A stretch of DNA of 64,000 bases, from NCBI GenBank assembly GCA_000990585.1, contig LBQD01000001.1, forward strand, positions 141,501 to 205,500, written 5' to 3'. This DNA comes from Candidatus Moranbacteria bacterium GW2011_GWE2_35_2-. GTDB taxonomy: Bacteria > Patescibacteriota > Minisyncoccia > Moranbacterales > UBA9337. The position numbers were made by a program, and so were the translations under genes. This document shows positions 37,694 to 48,459 of the stretch, one piece after another. The stretch's first letter is position 1, and the number at the start of each line of letters is the position of its first letter. The notes under the pieces are model-generated. The model was not told the DNA's origin and did not search any database. It was given only the letters and a program-made list of their open reading frames with translations.

Positions 37694-39181
37694 ATGTCAA
37701 AACAACATATTGCAAAATCGGCACTTTGGGTTGTGATCTCGGAGATTGTTTTTAACTTGTCCGGTTATATTATCCATAGCGTTGTCGGGAGGATATTGGG
37801 TCCGGCGGATTACGGACGCTACGGATTGGTCGTTACGCTTACCACAATGGTGATTATTTTGATTGGAAATGGAATCCCTACTGCAATGGCAAAATATATC
37901 AGTGAAATCTTTGACTCTAATCCGGCAATGGTTCTGGCGATTAAGCGGCGGGCAATTTTTTTGCAAAGCGCTATCATTGGAAGTATAACCTTATTGTTTT
38001 ATCTCCTTTCGCCATTAATTGCAAGAATATTGGGAGATCCGACACTCACTCATCTTTTTCGCATCTCAACCTTGATTATTCCGGCATTTGCCGCGGCTTC
38101 TTTTTATTTTTCATATTACACGGGACTTCATCTTTTTAATTTGCAGTCGATTCTCAAGGTTTCCCGTTCCGCAGTAAAAGTTATCGCCATTATTTTGCTG
38201 GCATATTTTTTTCATCTCAAAGGATCAATAGTCGGGTACATTCTTGCTCCGGCATCAGTTTTCCTGATTGCGTGGCTGATCGACAGATTCAGCGTTACAA
38301 AAAAAATTCGTGCTCAAATTACCGCTCAAAAACTTGAAACTGCTTCGTTCCCCTGGCAAAAACTTACGAATTACGCTTGGCAAATAATCATTTTTTTCTT
38401 GGCATACGAGCTTCTTATTAGTATCGATCTTTATCTTGTTAAAGGGATTTTGCATAGCGACTACCAAACCGGAATATATAATGCCGCCCTTACGGTTGGA
38501 CGCATTCCTTATTATATTTTTTATGCTCTTACGGTAATTTTACTTCCAACAATTTCAAAATCAACTTCGGAAAATAATCACGCGGAAACAAACAAAATCA
38601 TCAATCAATCTCTTAAAGTGATGATTATTCTTTTAGTGCCGGCAGTAGTTCTAATGTCAGTATTCGCTGAACCGATCATTAGAATATTCTACACGTCAAA
38701 ATATATTGATGCTGCCGCTCCAATGGCAATTCTCGTTGGCGGTGTTGGATTTTTGACGATATTTTATGTAATGAGTTTTGTAAGTAATGGTGCTGGAAAA
38801 ACTAAGCGACCGATGCTTATTTCTATATTTGGGTTAGTTATAAACACTATTCTCAATTATATTTTAATAAAAAAATATGCCTTAATCGGAAGTGCTATTG
38901 CTACATCTATCAGCTCATTGATTGTTATGTTGGTCGCGCTTTATTATATTCGTAAAGATTTTAAAATTACTTTAAAAATTAAAAATTATCTAAAAATAAT
39001 TTTTGCGGGAATTATTATGTATTCCCTCTCTCTTTTCTTTTCTCAAGGACGGTTTATTTTTATCTTATGGGCAATAATTTTACTTTTCATTTATTTCGCA
39101 ATTTTATATTTTATGGGTGAAATAGAAAAAGAGGAAATAATTTTCTTTCGAAAAATGTTATTTCGAAAAAATAACAAGTAA
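37694..39181 (+). CDS. Polysaccharide/oligosaccharide flippase (MOP superfamily, Wzx-like)
   Basis: About 14 predicted TM helices with Wzx-like spacing. Sits in a glycosylation gene neighbourhood. Confidence 0.6.
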   Translation: MSKQHIAKSALWVVISEIVFNLSGYIIHSVVGRILGPADYGRYGLVVTLTTMVIILIGNGIPTAMAKYISEIFDSNPAMVLAIKRRAIFLQSAIIGSITLLFYLLSPLIARILGDPTLTHLFRISTLIIPAFAAASFYFSYYTGLHLFNLQSILKVSRSAVKVIAIILLAYFFHLKGSIVGYILAPASVFLIAWLIDRFSVTKKIRAQITAQKLETASFPWQKLTNYAWQIIIFFLAYELLISIDLYLVKGILHSDYQTGIYNAALTVGRIPYYIFYALTVILLPTISKSTSENNHAETNKIINQSLKVMIILLVPAVVLMSVFAEPIIRIFYTSKYIDAAAPMAILVGGVGFLTIFYVMSFVSNGAGKTKRPMLISIFGLVINTILNYILIKKYALIGSAIATSISSLIVMLVALYYIRKDFKITLKIKNYLKIIFAGIIMYSLSLFFSQGRFIFILWAIILLFIYFAILYFMGEIEKEEIIFFRKMLFRKNNK

Positions 39182-39231
39182 ACACATATTAAACTATAAG
39201 CCTTGTTTTTCAGATAAAAAATTGCTATGCT

Positions 39232-40704
39232 TTGTTTATGAAAAATTTTCTAATAAATAAGGATTTTTGGAAAGCTCCCGGGTTTATATTATTTTTAATC
39301 CTTTTTTCTTTTTTTTTGCGCGAAGTTTTTTTGGTTGCCGTCTTCCCTATTTTTTCCGGACAAGATGAGGCGCGTCATTATAATACTATCCAATATTTAA
39401 ACGAGCCAAAAGAAAAAGTATGGGAAATTCGAGAAGCTGAGCAAATAAATGAGAAAAAAAATCTTGATACATATAATTTTTCCGAAGAAATAATCAATAC
39501 CGGAAACGCAGCTGAGATATTCGGATTTAAAGACTCTTTAAATAAAATAAATTTTCCCGCAGGAAGCATGGGTCGTAATGAAAATTTGATTAATTCTCGC
39601 CAATGGGAAGCTATAAATAAGAAATATCCCCCGGACATTACAGGCAGAGGCTATCAAGATTTGTATCATAGACTAGGGGCATTTATTGAAAAAAAAATCA
39701 GCAATCAAAGTATTTTAATACGTTTTTATTTGATCCGCATCTTTTCTGTTATTCTAGCGACTATATTTATTTTTCTTTCTTATTTTGTTTTTAAAAATTC
39801 CGGATTTTCCAAACAGCACAGCCTGATAATGACTGCTATAATTTCATTTCAAATGAAATTTTCCACTTATATGACAAATATCAATTATGCTCCATTGATG
39901 TTTGTCTCTTTTGCCGGTTTTACATTAGGAGGGGTTCTTTATCTTAAAAACGGATTACACTGGAAGAATATTTCATTAATGTTGGCGTCTGTTGTTATTG
40001 GAATATTTACCAAAGGTTCGGCTATTGTTTTAATTCCGGTTTTTGTTGGTCTTTTAGGATTTACGACTTGGAAAAAAATTAAAGAAGATAAAATAAACAA
40101 AAAAAACATTATCCTGGTTATTATTCTTTGTATATTTTTAGTATCACTTCTTTGTAGAAGTTATGATGTTTTGTCTTTTTTGCCAAAGACTGGCGGTGGA
40201 ATTGGCAAGACTATAGAATCTTTTTCTGATTATGCGTCCGCCAGTTTGCCAAAGATATACTCTTTATCAAAAAATTATTGGGGAAAAATAGGATGGGTCA
40301 GAATCGATTATGCTCTGAGCTTTATCTGGATAATTTGGATAATAGAAGCATTCGCACTTTATGGAATCGTTCGTTTCTTATTTTTTAAAGACAAAAGACC
40401 TGATTTTATTCCAGAAAGAAAATATATTTGGTTTTTCCTGACATTAATTATAGCATTGCAAATTGGAATTCGTTTTTTTGATTGGAGAATTTTTTCTACT
40501 AGCGGAAAACTAAATCTTGGAACACCGGGTAGATATTTCTTGCCAAATCTCCCGGTTCATATTGCCCTACTTTTTTCCGGATTAGGAATAATTATAAAAA
40601 AGAAAAGTTATTTTGATTATTTGATTGTGTTTTTTTTAATTTTAATATTCTTGCTTTCATTTCACATTATTTTCAATGTGATTGTTCCTCGTTATTACTT
40701 ATAA
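39232..40704 (+). CDS. GT-C fold membrane glycosyltransferase (PMT/ArnT-like)
   Basis: The first extracytoplasmic loop carries an acidic DE motif (FSGQDEARHY). Many TM segments follow. Confidence 0.45.
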   Translation: MFMKNFLINKDFWKAPGFILFLILFSFFLREVFLVAVFPIFSGQDEARHYNTIQYLNEPKEKVWEIREAEQINEKKNLDTYNFSEEIINTGNAAEIFGFKDSLNKINFPAGSMGRNENLINSRQWEAINKKYPPDITGRGYQDLYHRLGAFIEKKISNQSILIRFYLIRIFSVILATIFIFLSYFVFKNSGFSKQHSLIMTAIISFQMKFSTYMTNINYAPLMFVSFAGFTLGGVLYLKNGLHWKNISLMLASVVIGIFTKGSAIVLIPVFVGLLGFTTWKKIKEDKINKKNIILVIILCIFLVSLLCRSYDVLSFLPKTGGGIGKTIESFSDYASASLPKIYSLSKNYWGKIGWVRIDYALSFIWIIWIIEAFALYGIVRFLFFKDKRPDFIPERKYIWFFLTLIIALQIGIRFFDWRIFSTSGKLNLGTPGRYFLPNLPVHIALLFSGLGIIIKKKSYFDYLIVFFLILIFLLSFHIIFNVIVPRYYL

Positions 40705-41425
40705 CCATATGATGTTTTTTAAATACGCAATATCGCGCAAGACATTACTAGGGATATTTACTATCGGTCTTGTTTTAATTTTTGGCAGTCTGATTAAAAA
40801 TTTTTCTTTTCCTGATCAGAATTGGAATTTGGAAAAAGGAAAAAAAATAGGAATAAGCTCCGAAAAAAATGAAGAAGTTATTCAAAAATTCATTGCTAGT
40901 AAGGATAATCTTTCTCGTATAGATATTTTTTTGGGAAATTCAAAGATTGAAAGAGGTGGAACTTTGCAATTGGAGCTATTTAATAAATCATGCGAAAAAC
41001 TTCTCCGTAAAGATAAAATCAGAACCACAAGAATAAAATCTGAAAACTTTTTTACTTTTACTTTTCCAAAAATTCAAAAAACAGCAAATGAAATTCTTTG
41101 TATTAAACTTTCTTTTTATGATTGGAATAGCGACAAAAATAGAAGCGCTCAAGTATTTGTTCGCGACAATATTTTACCTGAAAATGTATTTTTCTCAATA
41201 AATCAAGAAATTATAAAAGGAAAGTCTTTATCTATGCGTCCAGCTTATCAAGAAAATTCGTGGCGAGAAAATATTTGGAAATTAAGCGAAAGAATATCTC
41301 AATATAAGCCGTGGTTTCTAAAAAATATGATCATCTTGTCTGTTTTAGTTATTGCGATTATCTCTTCAATTTTGCTAGTTGTAATAATTATATTTACTAT
41401 CATTAATAAATCTACTCTATCGTAA
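40682..41425 (+). CDS. Hypothetical membrane-anchored protein (N- and C-terminal TM)
   Basis: Hydrophobic termini only. Overlaps the upstream gene end by 23 nt. Confidence 0.35.
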   Translation: MFLVITYNHMMFFKYAISRKTLLGIFTIGLVLIFGSLIKNFSFPDQNWNLEKGKKIGISSEKNEEVIQKFIASKDNLSRIDIFLGNSKIERGGTLQLELFNKSCEKLLRKDKIRTTRIKSENFFTFTFPKIQKTANEILCIKLSFYDWNSDKNRSAQVFVRDNILPENVFFSINQEIIKGKSLSMRPAYQENSWRENIWKLSERISQYKPWFLKNMIILSVLVIAIISSILLVVIIIFTIINKSTLS

Positions 41426-41431
41426 AAAATA

Positions 41432-42844
41432 ATGGATATAAAAAATTTAAAAAAATTAACCCTACTTTTTTTAATTGTTCTTTTTTGTATTTTCTTAAAC
41501 CCGTCTTCGGCATTAACTGCCAGTTATGATTATTATGTAAAATCTTCAGCTTCAAAAGACGGAGACGGGAGTAAAGACGATCCATTTAGATTTTTTTCGG
41601 ACGCATTGGAAGAAGCGGACAATTCTGATAAAATATTTATTGCGAATGGTTTTTACGATGAAGAAGATATTTATATCGGAAAATCAATAAAAATAATCGG
41701 AGAAAGTGAAAACGGAGTTGTTTTTTCCGGAAAAATTTTGATGGGAAATAATTCGTTACTGCAAAATGTCAGTTTAAAAGATGCGCGGTCAAAAATTATT
41801 ATTGAAAAAGATGCCAATGCAACGATTCAAAATTGTACCGTACAAAATTTTTCCGGAATCGGGATTGAATCAATGCCAGGAAGCGGTACGCTTGAAATTT
41901 TGAATTCAAAAATAAAAGGAGGTGATAATAAAGGAATATATGTGCAGCGAGGAAAAAATATTAAAATTATTGGAAGTGAGATTATCGGAAACGAAGAAGA
42001 AGGAATCGATATTCGGTCGAATGTTTCAGGAATTATAAAAAATAATTTAATTACTAATAATAATGAAAGCGGGATTGAACTTATAGTTGGAAGCGCAAAT
42101 TTGAAAATATCCGACAATAAAATAAACGGCAATAATGCAAGCGGGATCGCAACACAATTCTACAAAGAATTTAGCAAAAGAGGAAGTATTTATATTGAAA
42201 ACAATTCATTGAGTGAAAATGGGAAATATGGAGTTGATTGCGCTAATCCGCATAATGGTGCCCCGGAAATTTCTTATTGGAGAAATTCTATTGAGATAAA
42301 TGGGAATGATATTTCGTTGAATGAAATAAAATCTATAAACGATCTTTGTAATTTTATTGATGCCGTAGAAGAAAATGAGGATGCGGACAATTTAATTACA
42401 GAAAATAAGAGTGTAGGAAATAAGTTAATTATGGATATGGAAGAAAAAGAGAAGATTAGAATAGAAGAAGATAAAAAAAGAGAAGAAAAAGAGCAGAAAT
42501 TAAACGAGATCGAGAATATAATAGAAAATCAAATTCAAGAAAATTATAAAACAGACTCCTTTATTGAAAAAATTAATCACCAATCAAAAATTATTAAATT
42601 TTTTATCGGAACAAAAAAAGTAAAACTTGAAATGTTATTGGAAAATATAGAAAAAAATGAAAATCGTCTTAGAGAAGCCGAGCAAATACTAGGAATGATT
42701 CAAGTTGAAGCCGAGGAAGAAGTATCCATTCTAAATACAATAAAAGAAAATCAAGAAAAACTTAGACAACAAAAAGAATTTATTGCCGAAGAAGATAAGA
42801 TCTTTGGTATTTGGAAATGGCTGTCAGGATTATTCAGTGATTGA
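41432..42844 (+). CDS. Secreted right-handed parallel beta-helix repeat protein with a C-terminal coiled-coil
   Basis: Signal peptide. Repeated NxxGIxI / GNNASGI beta-helix (pectin-lyase-fold) repeats. A Glu/Lys-rich coiled-coil tail. Confidence 0.6.
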   Translation: MDIKNLKKLTLLFLIVLFCIFLNPSSALTASYDYYVKSSASKDGDGSKDDPFRFFSDALEEADNSDKIFIANGFYDEEDIYIGKSIKIIGESENGVVFSGKILMGNNSLLQNVSLKDARSKIIIEKDANATIQNCTVQNFSGIGIESMPGSGTLEILNSKIKGGDNKGIYVQRGKNIKIIGSEIIGNEEEGIDIRSNVSGIIKNNLITNNNESGIELIVGSANLKISDNKINGNNASGIATQFYKEFSKRGSIYIENNSLSENGKYGVDCANPHNGAPEISYWRNSIEINGNDISLNEIKSINDLCNFIDAVEENEDADNLITENKSVGNKLIMDMEEKEKIRIEEDKKREEKEQKLNEIENIIENQIQENYKTDSFIEKINHQSKIIKFFIGTKKVKLEMLLENIEKNENRLREAEQILGMIQVEAEEEVSILNTIKENQEKLRQQKEFIAEEDKIFGIWKWLSGLFSD

Positions 42845-42854
42845 TTTGATTTTT

Positions 42855-44594
42855 TTATTTTTGAAAAATTTCTCTCCACATATATCGTTTGGCGTTTTTA
42901 TTTGAATCATAATTAGACACATCGCGCACCAAACTTTTTTTGGAAATATTCTGATTGGTTATAAATTCTTCTTTTTGTTTCAATTGATAAACTGTAAGTG
43001 TTCCAAATTCTTTTTTTTCTCCTATCATGAATCTTTTTTCATATTTTCTGATATATTTATCATAATCAGATTGTGTTCTCACAACAGTAAAATAATTTGC
43101 ATTTTTATATACTTTTGATTTTTCAATATTATCACGAGGAATTTTTCGCATATCTAATAAGAACGTCAATGATCGATTAAACTCACTTTGTGCATTAAAA
43201 AGTATCGGGTATCCATTATTTTTATACGTGTTTTCCATTAGATTAGCGATTTCATTTTGCTGTTTTAATGTTATCCTTGTTTTTTGTTTTAATATTTTAT
43301 CTGTACCAATTTCAATATTTTCACTTTGAGCCAAAGATAATTGCCTGAAAAACCGCATATCAAAAACTATATTCGATATTACAAAAATTAAAACAAATAT
43401 TATTCCCACAATATTTTTATTTATCTTTAAAAGTCTAGTCATCTCTCCTATTAATAATCCAAGAAAAACAAAAGGAACAGCTGCGCTGATCAGAAAAAAT
43501 CTCGGGGATAAATCAAAGGAAATAGGTAAAAATATCACAAATACAACGCTAAACCAAAGAGCGTTTAAGGTTAAAAAATCTTTTTTTGTTATATTTTTTT
43601 CTGTTTTTAGGGCTATAATTAAGGAAAAAATAGATAGTGTTAACAAAATAAACGAGGCCATTCCTTTTACAAGATGATCACGGCAATCTTGATTACACTT
43701 TATGTCAAATCCAATTTTCTCTTTTGAACTAAAATCAATATCAAAAAAAACAACATCTTGAGATCCTGTGAGTATCGTCCAATATCCGGATGAGTGTTGT
43801 AAATAGTTTTCACTTATTTTTTCCGGCAATGTTTTTGGAGTTTCATCAGATTTTTCAGTAATAGCCGAAAAGAATTGTACCGAGTTATCTCCTCCGGTTT
43901 TTATTTCATTTATTATCATCGGTATATTCAGGAATAGAAATAGAAAAATTGATGCAATCCAAAATAAAAAATTTATCCGTGGTCTTTTTATTGAAATAAA
44001 AATAATTCCGATAAGGGGCGCGGCAACAAGTGCCAAGAAGTGAAATTGTACCAAAAAAGACAGTGATACAGATGATATAATAAGCCACCATCCTCTTTTT
44101 TTATCATCTTCATCAACAATGCGTAAAAGCGAATAAAAAAATAATATTCCAAAAAACGGAAGCATATTAGGATTCCATGCAAAACGTGAATATGTAATCA
44201 AAAATAATGAGCAAGAAAAAAGAGCTGTAAGTCCAATTGCCATACTTTTTTCAAAATATCTTCTGGTAAAAAGATAAAATATTCCCAAAGAAAAAATTGA
44301 AAACAATAGAGTCGGATAAGCAATTCCTTGCGGAGTATTTCCAAAAATTTTAGCTCCGACATATTGGATGTAATAAAATATTGGACCGAGTCTTAATATT
44401 GTTCCAGCTGCTCTTGGTCCGAGAAGTGGTAAATCCCCTGCTCCATTTTCAATTGCAGCTTTAATTATAAGAGCATCACGAGCTTGATCTAATTCGAAAT
44501 GAAGCCACGGAGTAAAATTATATGATCGAAAAAAAATTCCAATAAAAAAAACCGCAGTAAGAACTATAAGGAATGAAAAATTATTACGCCTCAT
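42855..44594 (-). CDS. GT-C fold glycosyltransferase (ArnT / GT39/GT83-like) membrane protein
   Basis: N-terminal loop LDQARDALIIKAAIENGAGDLPLLGPRAAGT.. followed by about 11 TM helices. C-terminal soluble domain. Confidence 0.5.
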   Translation of the reverse strand: MRRNNFSFLIVLTAVFFIGIFFRSYNFTPWLHFELDQARDALIIKAAIENGAGDLPLLGPRAAGTILRLGPIFYYIQYVGAKIFGNTPQGIAYPTLLFSIFSLGIFYLFTRRYFEKSMAIGLTALFSCSLFLITYSRFAWNPNMLPFFGILFFYSLLRIVDEDDKKRGWWLIISSVSLSFLVQFHFLALVAAPLIGIIFISIKRPRINFLFWIASIFLFLFLNIPMIINEIKTGGDNSVQFFSAITEKSDETPKTLPEKISENYLQHSSGYWTILTGSQDVVFFDIDFSSKEKIGFDIKCNQDCRDHLVKGMASFILLTLSIFSLIIALKTEKNITKKDFLTLNALWFSVVFVIFLPISFDLSPRFFLISAAVPFVFLGLLIGEMTRLLKINKNIVGIIFVLIFVISNIVFDMRFFRQLSLAQSENIEIGTDKILKQKTRITLKQQNEIANLMENTYKNNGYPILFNAQSEFNRSLTFLLDMRKIPRDNIEKSKVYKNANYFTVVRTQSDYDKYIRKYEKRFMIGEKKEFGTLTVYQLKQKEEFITNQNISKKSLVRDVSNYDSNKNAKRYMWREIFQK

Positions 44595-44618
44595 TTTATT
44601 AATTGCAAAACATTAAAA

Positions 44619-45320
44619 TTATATTCCTACCACGTAACGAAAGAAAATTTCAAGCATACCATAGAGGAATCTTCCTAATAGCGGCGATGCCAAAAAAATA
44701 AACATCAATAAAAGGATGAAACCGAAAGATTCCAGCATTATTTTCGTTTCTGTTTTTATCGGAACAAGATAAAATAAAATTTTAGACCCATCCAAAGGAG
44801 GAATCGGGATTAAATTGAAAAATGCCAAAAAAACATTTATTACTACGATCATCGTAAATAAAAGAAAAAATATTGAAGATAATGAGCCTGAAACAGCAAA
44901 AACCAAGTTTGAATAATCTCCACGCAAAAGTCCGTTGATGATATCGATTTTACCAAGATGATTGATCGCAATGAACCGTGCGCCCAATCCGAAAATCAAT
45001 GCCACTACAATGTTCGATAGTGGTCCCGCCAAGCCAACCAAGGCCGGACCTTTTTTTTGATCCTTTAAATTGTATGGATTATATGGAACCGGCTTTGCCC
45101 ATCCAAATCCGAATCCAAAAGTAAAAATCATAAAAAGTGGTACCAAAAAAGAACCCCAAAAATCCAAATGTCGCAGAGGATTCAAAGTGAGTCTGCCGGC
45201 GTATTTTGCCGTCGAATCACCCAAATACAAAGCTGCCATTCCGTGAGACACCTCGTGAATCACTACGGACATAATAACAATCGAAACTTGGAATACTATC
45301 AGTACTATTTCTCCTGACAT
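44619..45320 (-). CDS. Site-2 protease family (M50) membrane metalloprotease
   Basis: HEVSHGMAA (HExxH) inside a TM helix. M50B-like topology. Confidence 0.75.
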   Translation of the reverse strand: MSGEIVLIVFQVSIVIMSVVIHEVSHGMAALYLGDSTAKYAGRLTLNPLRHLDFWGSFLVPLFMIFTFGFGFGWAKPVPYNPYNLKDQKKGPALVGLAGPLSNIVVALIFGLGARFIAINHLGKIDIINGLLRGDYSNLVFAVSGSLSSIFFLLFTMIVVINVFLAFFNLIPIPPLDGSKILFYLVPIKTETKIMLESFGFILLLMFIFLASPLLGRFLYGMLEIFFRYVVGI

Positions 45321-45488
45321 AATTTTTTATAATTTAAATTGTTATATCCCTTTCTCTTGCCAAAAACTACTTACTATGATACGATGATTTCTGTAATAAG
45401 GCAACCTAATTTCATAAAGCATACAACATAAAACACATAGCAGTAAATGCAAATGTTCTATGTTCCATGCTCTATGTTTTGTGATTTT

Positions 45489-45656
45489 ATGAGTAGAACA
45501 TGTGAAATTTGCGGACGCGGAACCCAATCTGGAAATTCTCGAAGCCATTCCAATATCGCTTCCAAAAGAAAATTCAAGGTTAATGTTCAATCAAAGAAAA
45601 TTGAAGGAAAAAAAATGAAAGTTTGCGCCAAATGCATAAAAACTATTTCCAAGTAA
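45489..45656 (+). CDS. rpmB: 50S ribosomal protein L28. The track ORF is over-extended at the N-terminus, and the likely start is MSRTCEIC.
   Basis: CEICGRGTQSGNSRSHSNIASKRKFKVNVQ matches L28. Confidence 0.8.
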   Translation: MSRTCEICGRGTQSGNSRSHSNIASKRKFKVNVQSKKIEGKKMKVCAKCIKTISK

Positions 45657-45659
45657 TAA

Positions 45660-45692
45660 AAAAACTCCCGGCATGCCGGGAGTTTTTTTATT
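45660..45692. terminator. Bidirectional rho-independent terminator between rpmB and the convergent polyprenyl synthase gene
   Basis: AAAAAACTCCCGGCATGCCGGGAGTTTTTTT: an 8-bp GC stem flanked by an A-run and a T-run. Confidence 0.75.
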
Positions 45693-45707
45693 AGAATTAT
45701 TTTTTCA

Positions 45708-46775
45708 TCAAACATCCCTGCTCATCATATAATCAGCCATTCCTAAAAGAAATTCTTTGGCTTCACTTTTTATCTGAGCACTCTCAATTTCTTTTTTTCC
45801 TTGCTTGATAAAATCAGTGGCTGTTTTTTGCGCATATTCCAATGCACCGGAAGCAATAATCGCCCGACGGAATTCATCAATATCTTTAGATGTTAATTTC
45901 TCTTTCCCCAGCAAACTCTTAATGACCTTTTTTTGATCAGCTTTTCCAATTTCCAAAGCGCGCGCCACTAAAATTGTTTGTTTTCCTTCTTGAATATCTG
46001 AACCAACCGGTTTTCCGATTTTTCTCTCTGATCCAAAAATTCCCAAAATATCATCTTGAATTTGAAAGGCAATTCCGATCGGAATGGAAAAGCGAGTAAT
46101 TTTTTCCAAAAGTTCATCGCCGGCTCCGCCCAAAATCGCTCCCAAATGAAGCGGACCTTCGATGGTATATTTGGCAGTTTTATTTTTGTACATTTGCAAA
46201 ATTTCTTTCTCGCTCGCCTTTCCCGCATATTCAATATATACATCTTGTGATTGTCCGATAACCGTCATAGAAACAATCCCTTGTAATCGGTCCAATGCCT
46301 TCATGATATTTTTTGTGTCAAAATCCGAATTGAAAATGATTTGATTTCCCATTGCCCCTACCATATCCCCCACAATAATCGCGATGGAATTACCAAAATG
46401 CGCGCTGTCTTTTTTGGGAAAATATTTTTTCCCCAATTTGGAAAAATGATAGTGCGCTGTGTCCACTCCGTGGCGCATATCGTCCTTATCAATGATATCA
46501 TCATGGATGAGAAGAAAAGCGTGAATAAGTTCAATGCTTACTGCGGTCTTGAGAGCTTTTTCTCTTTCTTTTCCTCCAGCAGCCAAATAGCCATAATACA
46601 TGAGTGCTGGGCGCAATCTTTTACCTCCGGAAAGCACATATTTTTTCACAAATCGCAAAGCATCGGCGATAAATAGGTCTTCCTTCCCTGCTTCTTTGAT
46701 AGCTTTATCCAGATATTTTTCAATTTCCGGATCCAGTAAATCCTTAAATTTTTTCAGCTCCTCCTTAATGTCCAT
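45708..46775 (-). CDS. Polyprenyl diphosphate synthase (trans-isoprenyl diphosphate synthase, IspA/GGPPS family)
   Basis: First and second Asp-rich motifs, LIHDDIIDKDD and QIQDDILG. Confidence 0.85.
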   Translation of the reverse strand: MDIKEELKKFKDLLDPEIEKYLDKAIKEAGKEDLFIADALRFVKKYVLSGGKRLRPALMYYGYLAAGGKEREKALKTAVSIELIHAFLLIHDDIIDKDDMRHGVDTAHYHFSKLGKKYFPKKDSAHFGNSIAIIVGDMVGAMGNQIIFNSDFDTKNIMKALDRLQGIVSMTVIGQSQDVYIEYAGKASEKEILQMYKNKTAKYTIEGPLHLGAILGGAGDELLEKITRFSIPIGIAFQIQDDILGIFGSERKIGKPVGSDIQEGKQTILVARALEIGKADQKKVIKSLLGKEKLTSKDIDEFRRAIIASGALEYAQKTATDFIKQGKKEIESAQIKSEAKEFLLGMADYMMSRDV

Positions 46776-46962
46776 ATAATTAACATTTGATATAAAAAAA
46801 TAATAAATAAGCGCTTTTTTCCATTTTTACCTACCCTGTTCAGTTTATTCCAAAACACAAAACAAGGCAAGAAAAAACAAAAGTGCGATTCGCAATTTAT
46901 TACGTATTAAAGTGCTTTTTGGTCTCTATAATTCACTACTCCATAATTATGTGCTATAATAA

Positions 46963-47232
46963 ATGCATATGGAAACAATAATGAAAGCGGACATTTTTTT
47001 CTTCATTTCTTCCGTTTCGTTGGTAATTTTAACGATATTATTTTGTATTATCTTGTTTTATCTCATCAAAGCCGGAAGAAATCTTTATTTGATTTCAGAA
47101 AAAATGCAACAACATTTCAAAAGCTCGGAAGAATTCGTTTTTGAACTCAAAGAAAGACTCGAAGAAAATATACTTTTCCGATTATTCTTTCCTCCTTCAA
47201 GAAGACATAAACGTTCTTCGAGAAAAAATTAA
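46963..47232 (+). CDS. Hypothetical small membrane protein
   Basis: One TM helix, followed by a terminator-like hairpin. No motif. Confidence 0.3.
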   Translation: MHMETIMKADIFFFISSVSLVILTILFCIILFYLIKAGRNLYLISEKMQQHFKSSEEFVFELKERLEENILFRLFFPPSRRHKRSSRKN

Positions 47233-47249
47233 TATTCAAGCAAGAAACG

Positions 47250-47283
47250 AAAACAGCCTTCTTTCTGAGAGAGGCTGTTTTTT
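47250..47283. terminator. Rho-independent terminator (plus strand; possibly bidirectional for tyrS)
   Basis: AACAGCCTTCTTTCTGAGAGAGGCTGTTTTTT. Confidence 0.55.
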
Positions 47284-47287
47284 ACTT

Positions 47288-47352
47288 GGCACGCCACAGT
47301 AAAGGACGTTAGAACTATTTTTATGAATAATAAGGATTACATCTATATTCCT
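47288..47352. repeat. Copy A of a ~65-bp direct repeat (core GCACGCCACAGTAAAGGACGTTAGAAC ... ATCTATATTC). It flanks the tyrS / rSAM / small-ORF block.
   Basis: Aligns to 49933..49997 with about 80% identity over the whole length. The 27-nt core differs by one base. Confidence 0.55.
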
Positions 47353-47393
47353 GATTTGAGAGAAACTTGCGATAATATTTCATGCTAACTTAT

Positions 47394-48362
47394 TTATTTT
47401 TTCTCGAATAACTTAACTGCCTTTTCTCTACCATGATAAATCGATACTATTTCTAATGCTAATTTCTTTTTGATTTCATACGGATCCGCAATCTTATTTT
47501 CTAATTTTGTTCTTATGTCAATAATTTCTTTCATTGGTAAATAAGTGCAATCTACAAAAAGTTGATAGATGTTCTCATCTGCTTGGTTCATAATACCTTT
47601 AAACATTTCTTCTGCAGAAAAATCAAGAAATACTCCTGTTCCCATTGACTTGGACATCATTTTTTCTTTAGTTATTGGATTTTCAAGTAAGGTTGTTATA
47701 AAGACAAATTTTTCCTTATTTCTATATTTACCTTGCAAATCCCTGCCTACAAGAGCATTAAATTTTTGATCGTTTCCGCACATCTCAACATCAACATCTA
47801 TCTCAACGGAATCCCAGCCTTGCATTATGGGATAAAAAAGTTCGTGAAGATATATGGGCTTTTCTTCATGTATGCGCTTTTCAAACATATCCCTCTCCAA
47901 CATTTGCTGAACAGTGAAATTACCTGCTAATTCAAGAGCTTTTTTATTATCCATTTTCGAAAACCAATCGTGATTATACATTATCTTAACTGGATTTTCT
48001 CTATTATCCAGATTTATAATCGGCCTTATTTGATCTAACCATGTCTTTGTATTTTCTACAACATCCTTTCTTGTTAATTTTTTTCGGGTAGCCGTTTTAT
48101 CAGTAGGATCACCAATACGCGAAGTAAAGTCACCTATTAAAAAAATTACTTCGTGACCAAGTTGACGGAATTTTTCAAGAATCATGTAGTTTGTTGCGTG
48201 ACCAAGATGCAAAGATGTTCCTGTTGCATCTGTGCCGATATATATCCTTAATCTATCTCCAGAAAGCATTTTCTGCTTTAATTTTTCTTTACTTGGAAGA
48301 ATTTCTGCAACTGAGCGTGTTAATAACTCATCTATTTTATTTTTATTGATAATAACATCCAT
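47394..48362 (-). CDS. tyrS: Tyrosyl-tRNA synthetase-like class I aaRS (short form, no S4 domain; TyrS/TrpS subfamily)
   Basis: IGTDATGTSLHLGH...LIGDFTSRIGDPTDK matches the TyrS HIGH region and GDP motif. KMMSKSMG (KMSKS). Confidence 0.6.
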   Translation of the reverse strand: MDVIINKNKIDELLTRSVAEILPSKEKLKQKMLSGDRLRIYIGTDATGTSLHLGHATNYMILEKFRQLGHEVIFLIGDFTSRIGDPTDKTATRKKLTRKDVVENTKTWLDQIRPIINLDNRENPVKIMYNHDWFSKMDNKKALELAGNFTVQQMLERDMFEKRIHEEKPIYLHELFYPIMQGWDSVEIDVDVEMCGNDQKFNALVGRDLQGKYRNKEKFVFITTLLENPITKEKMMSKSMGTGVFLDFSAEEMFKGIMNQADENIYQLFVDCTYLPMKEIIDIRTKLENKIADPYEIKKKLALEIVSIYHGREKAVKLFEKK

Positions 48363-48459
48363 ATTTTGAGATATTTTAAAATAAGTAGTCCTTAGTAGTT
48401 TATCAAAAAAACAATACTCTGTAAATAATTATACAGAGTATTAGTTGGAATAGTTAAGC

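Noticed and set aside
47394-48362. Initial call of this class I aaRS as TrpS
   Set aside because: The HIGH-region context (G.D.T..SLHLGH......GH....IGDP..K) matches TyrS rather than TrpS. It was re-called as a short-form TyrS-like enzyme that has the KMSKS motif.
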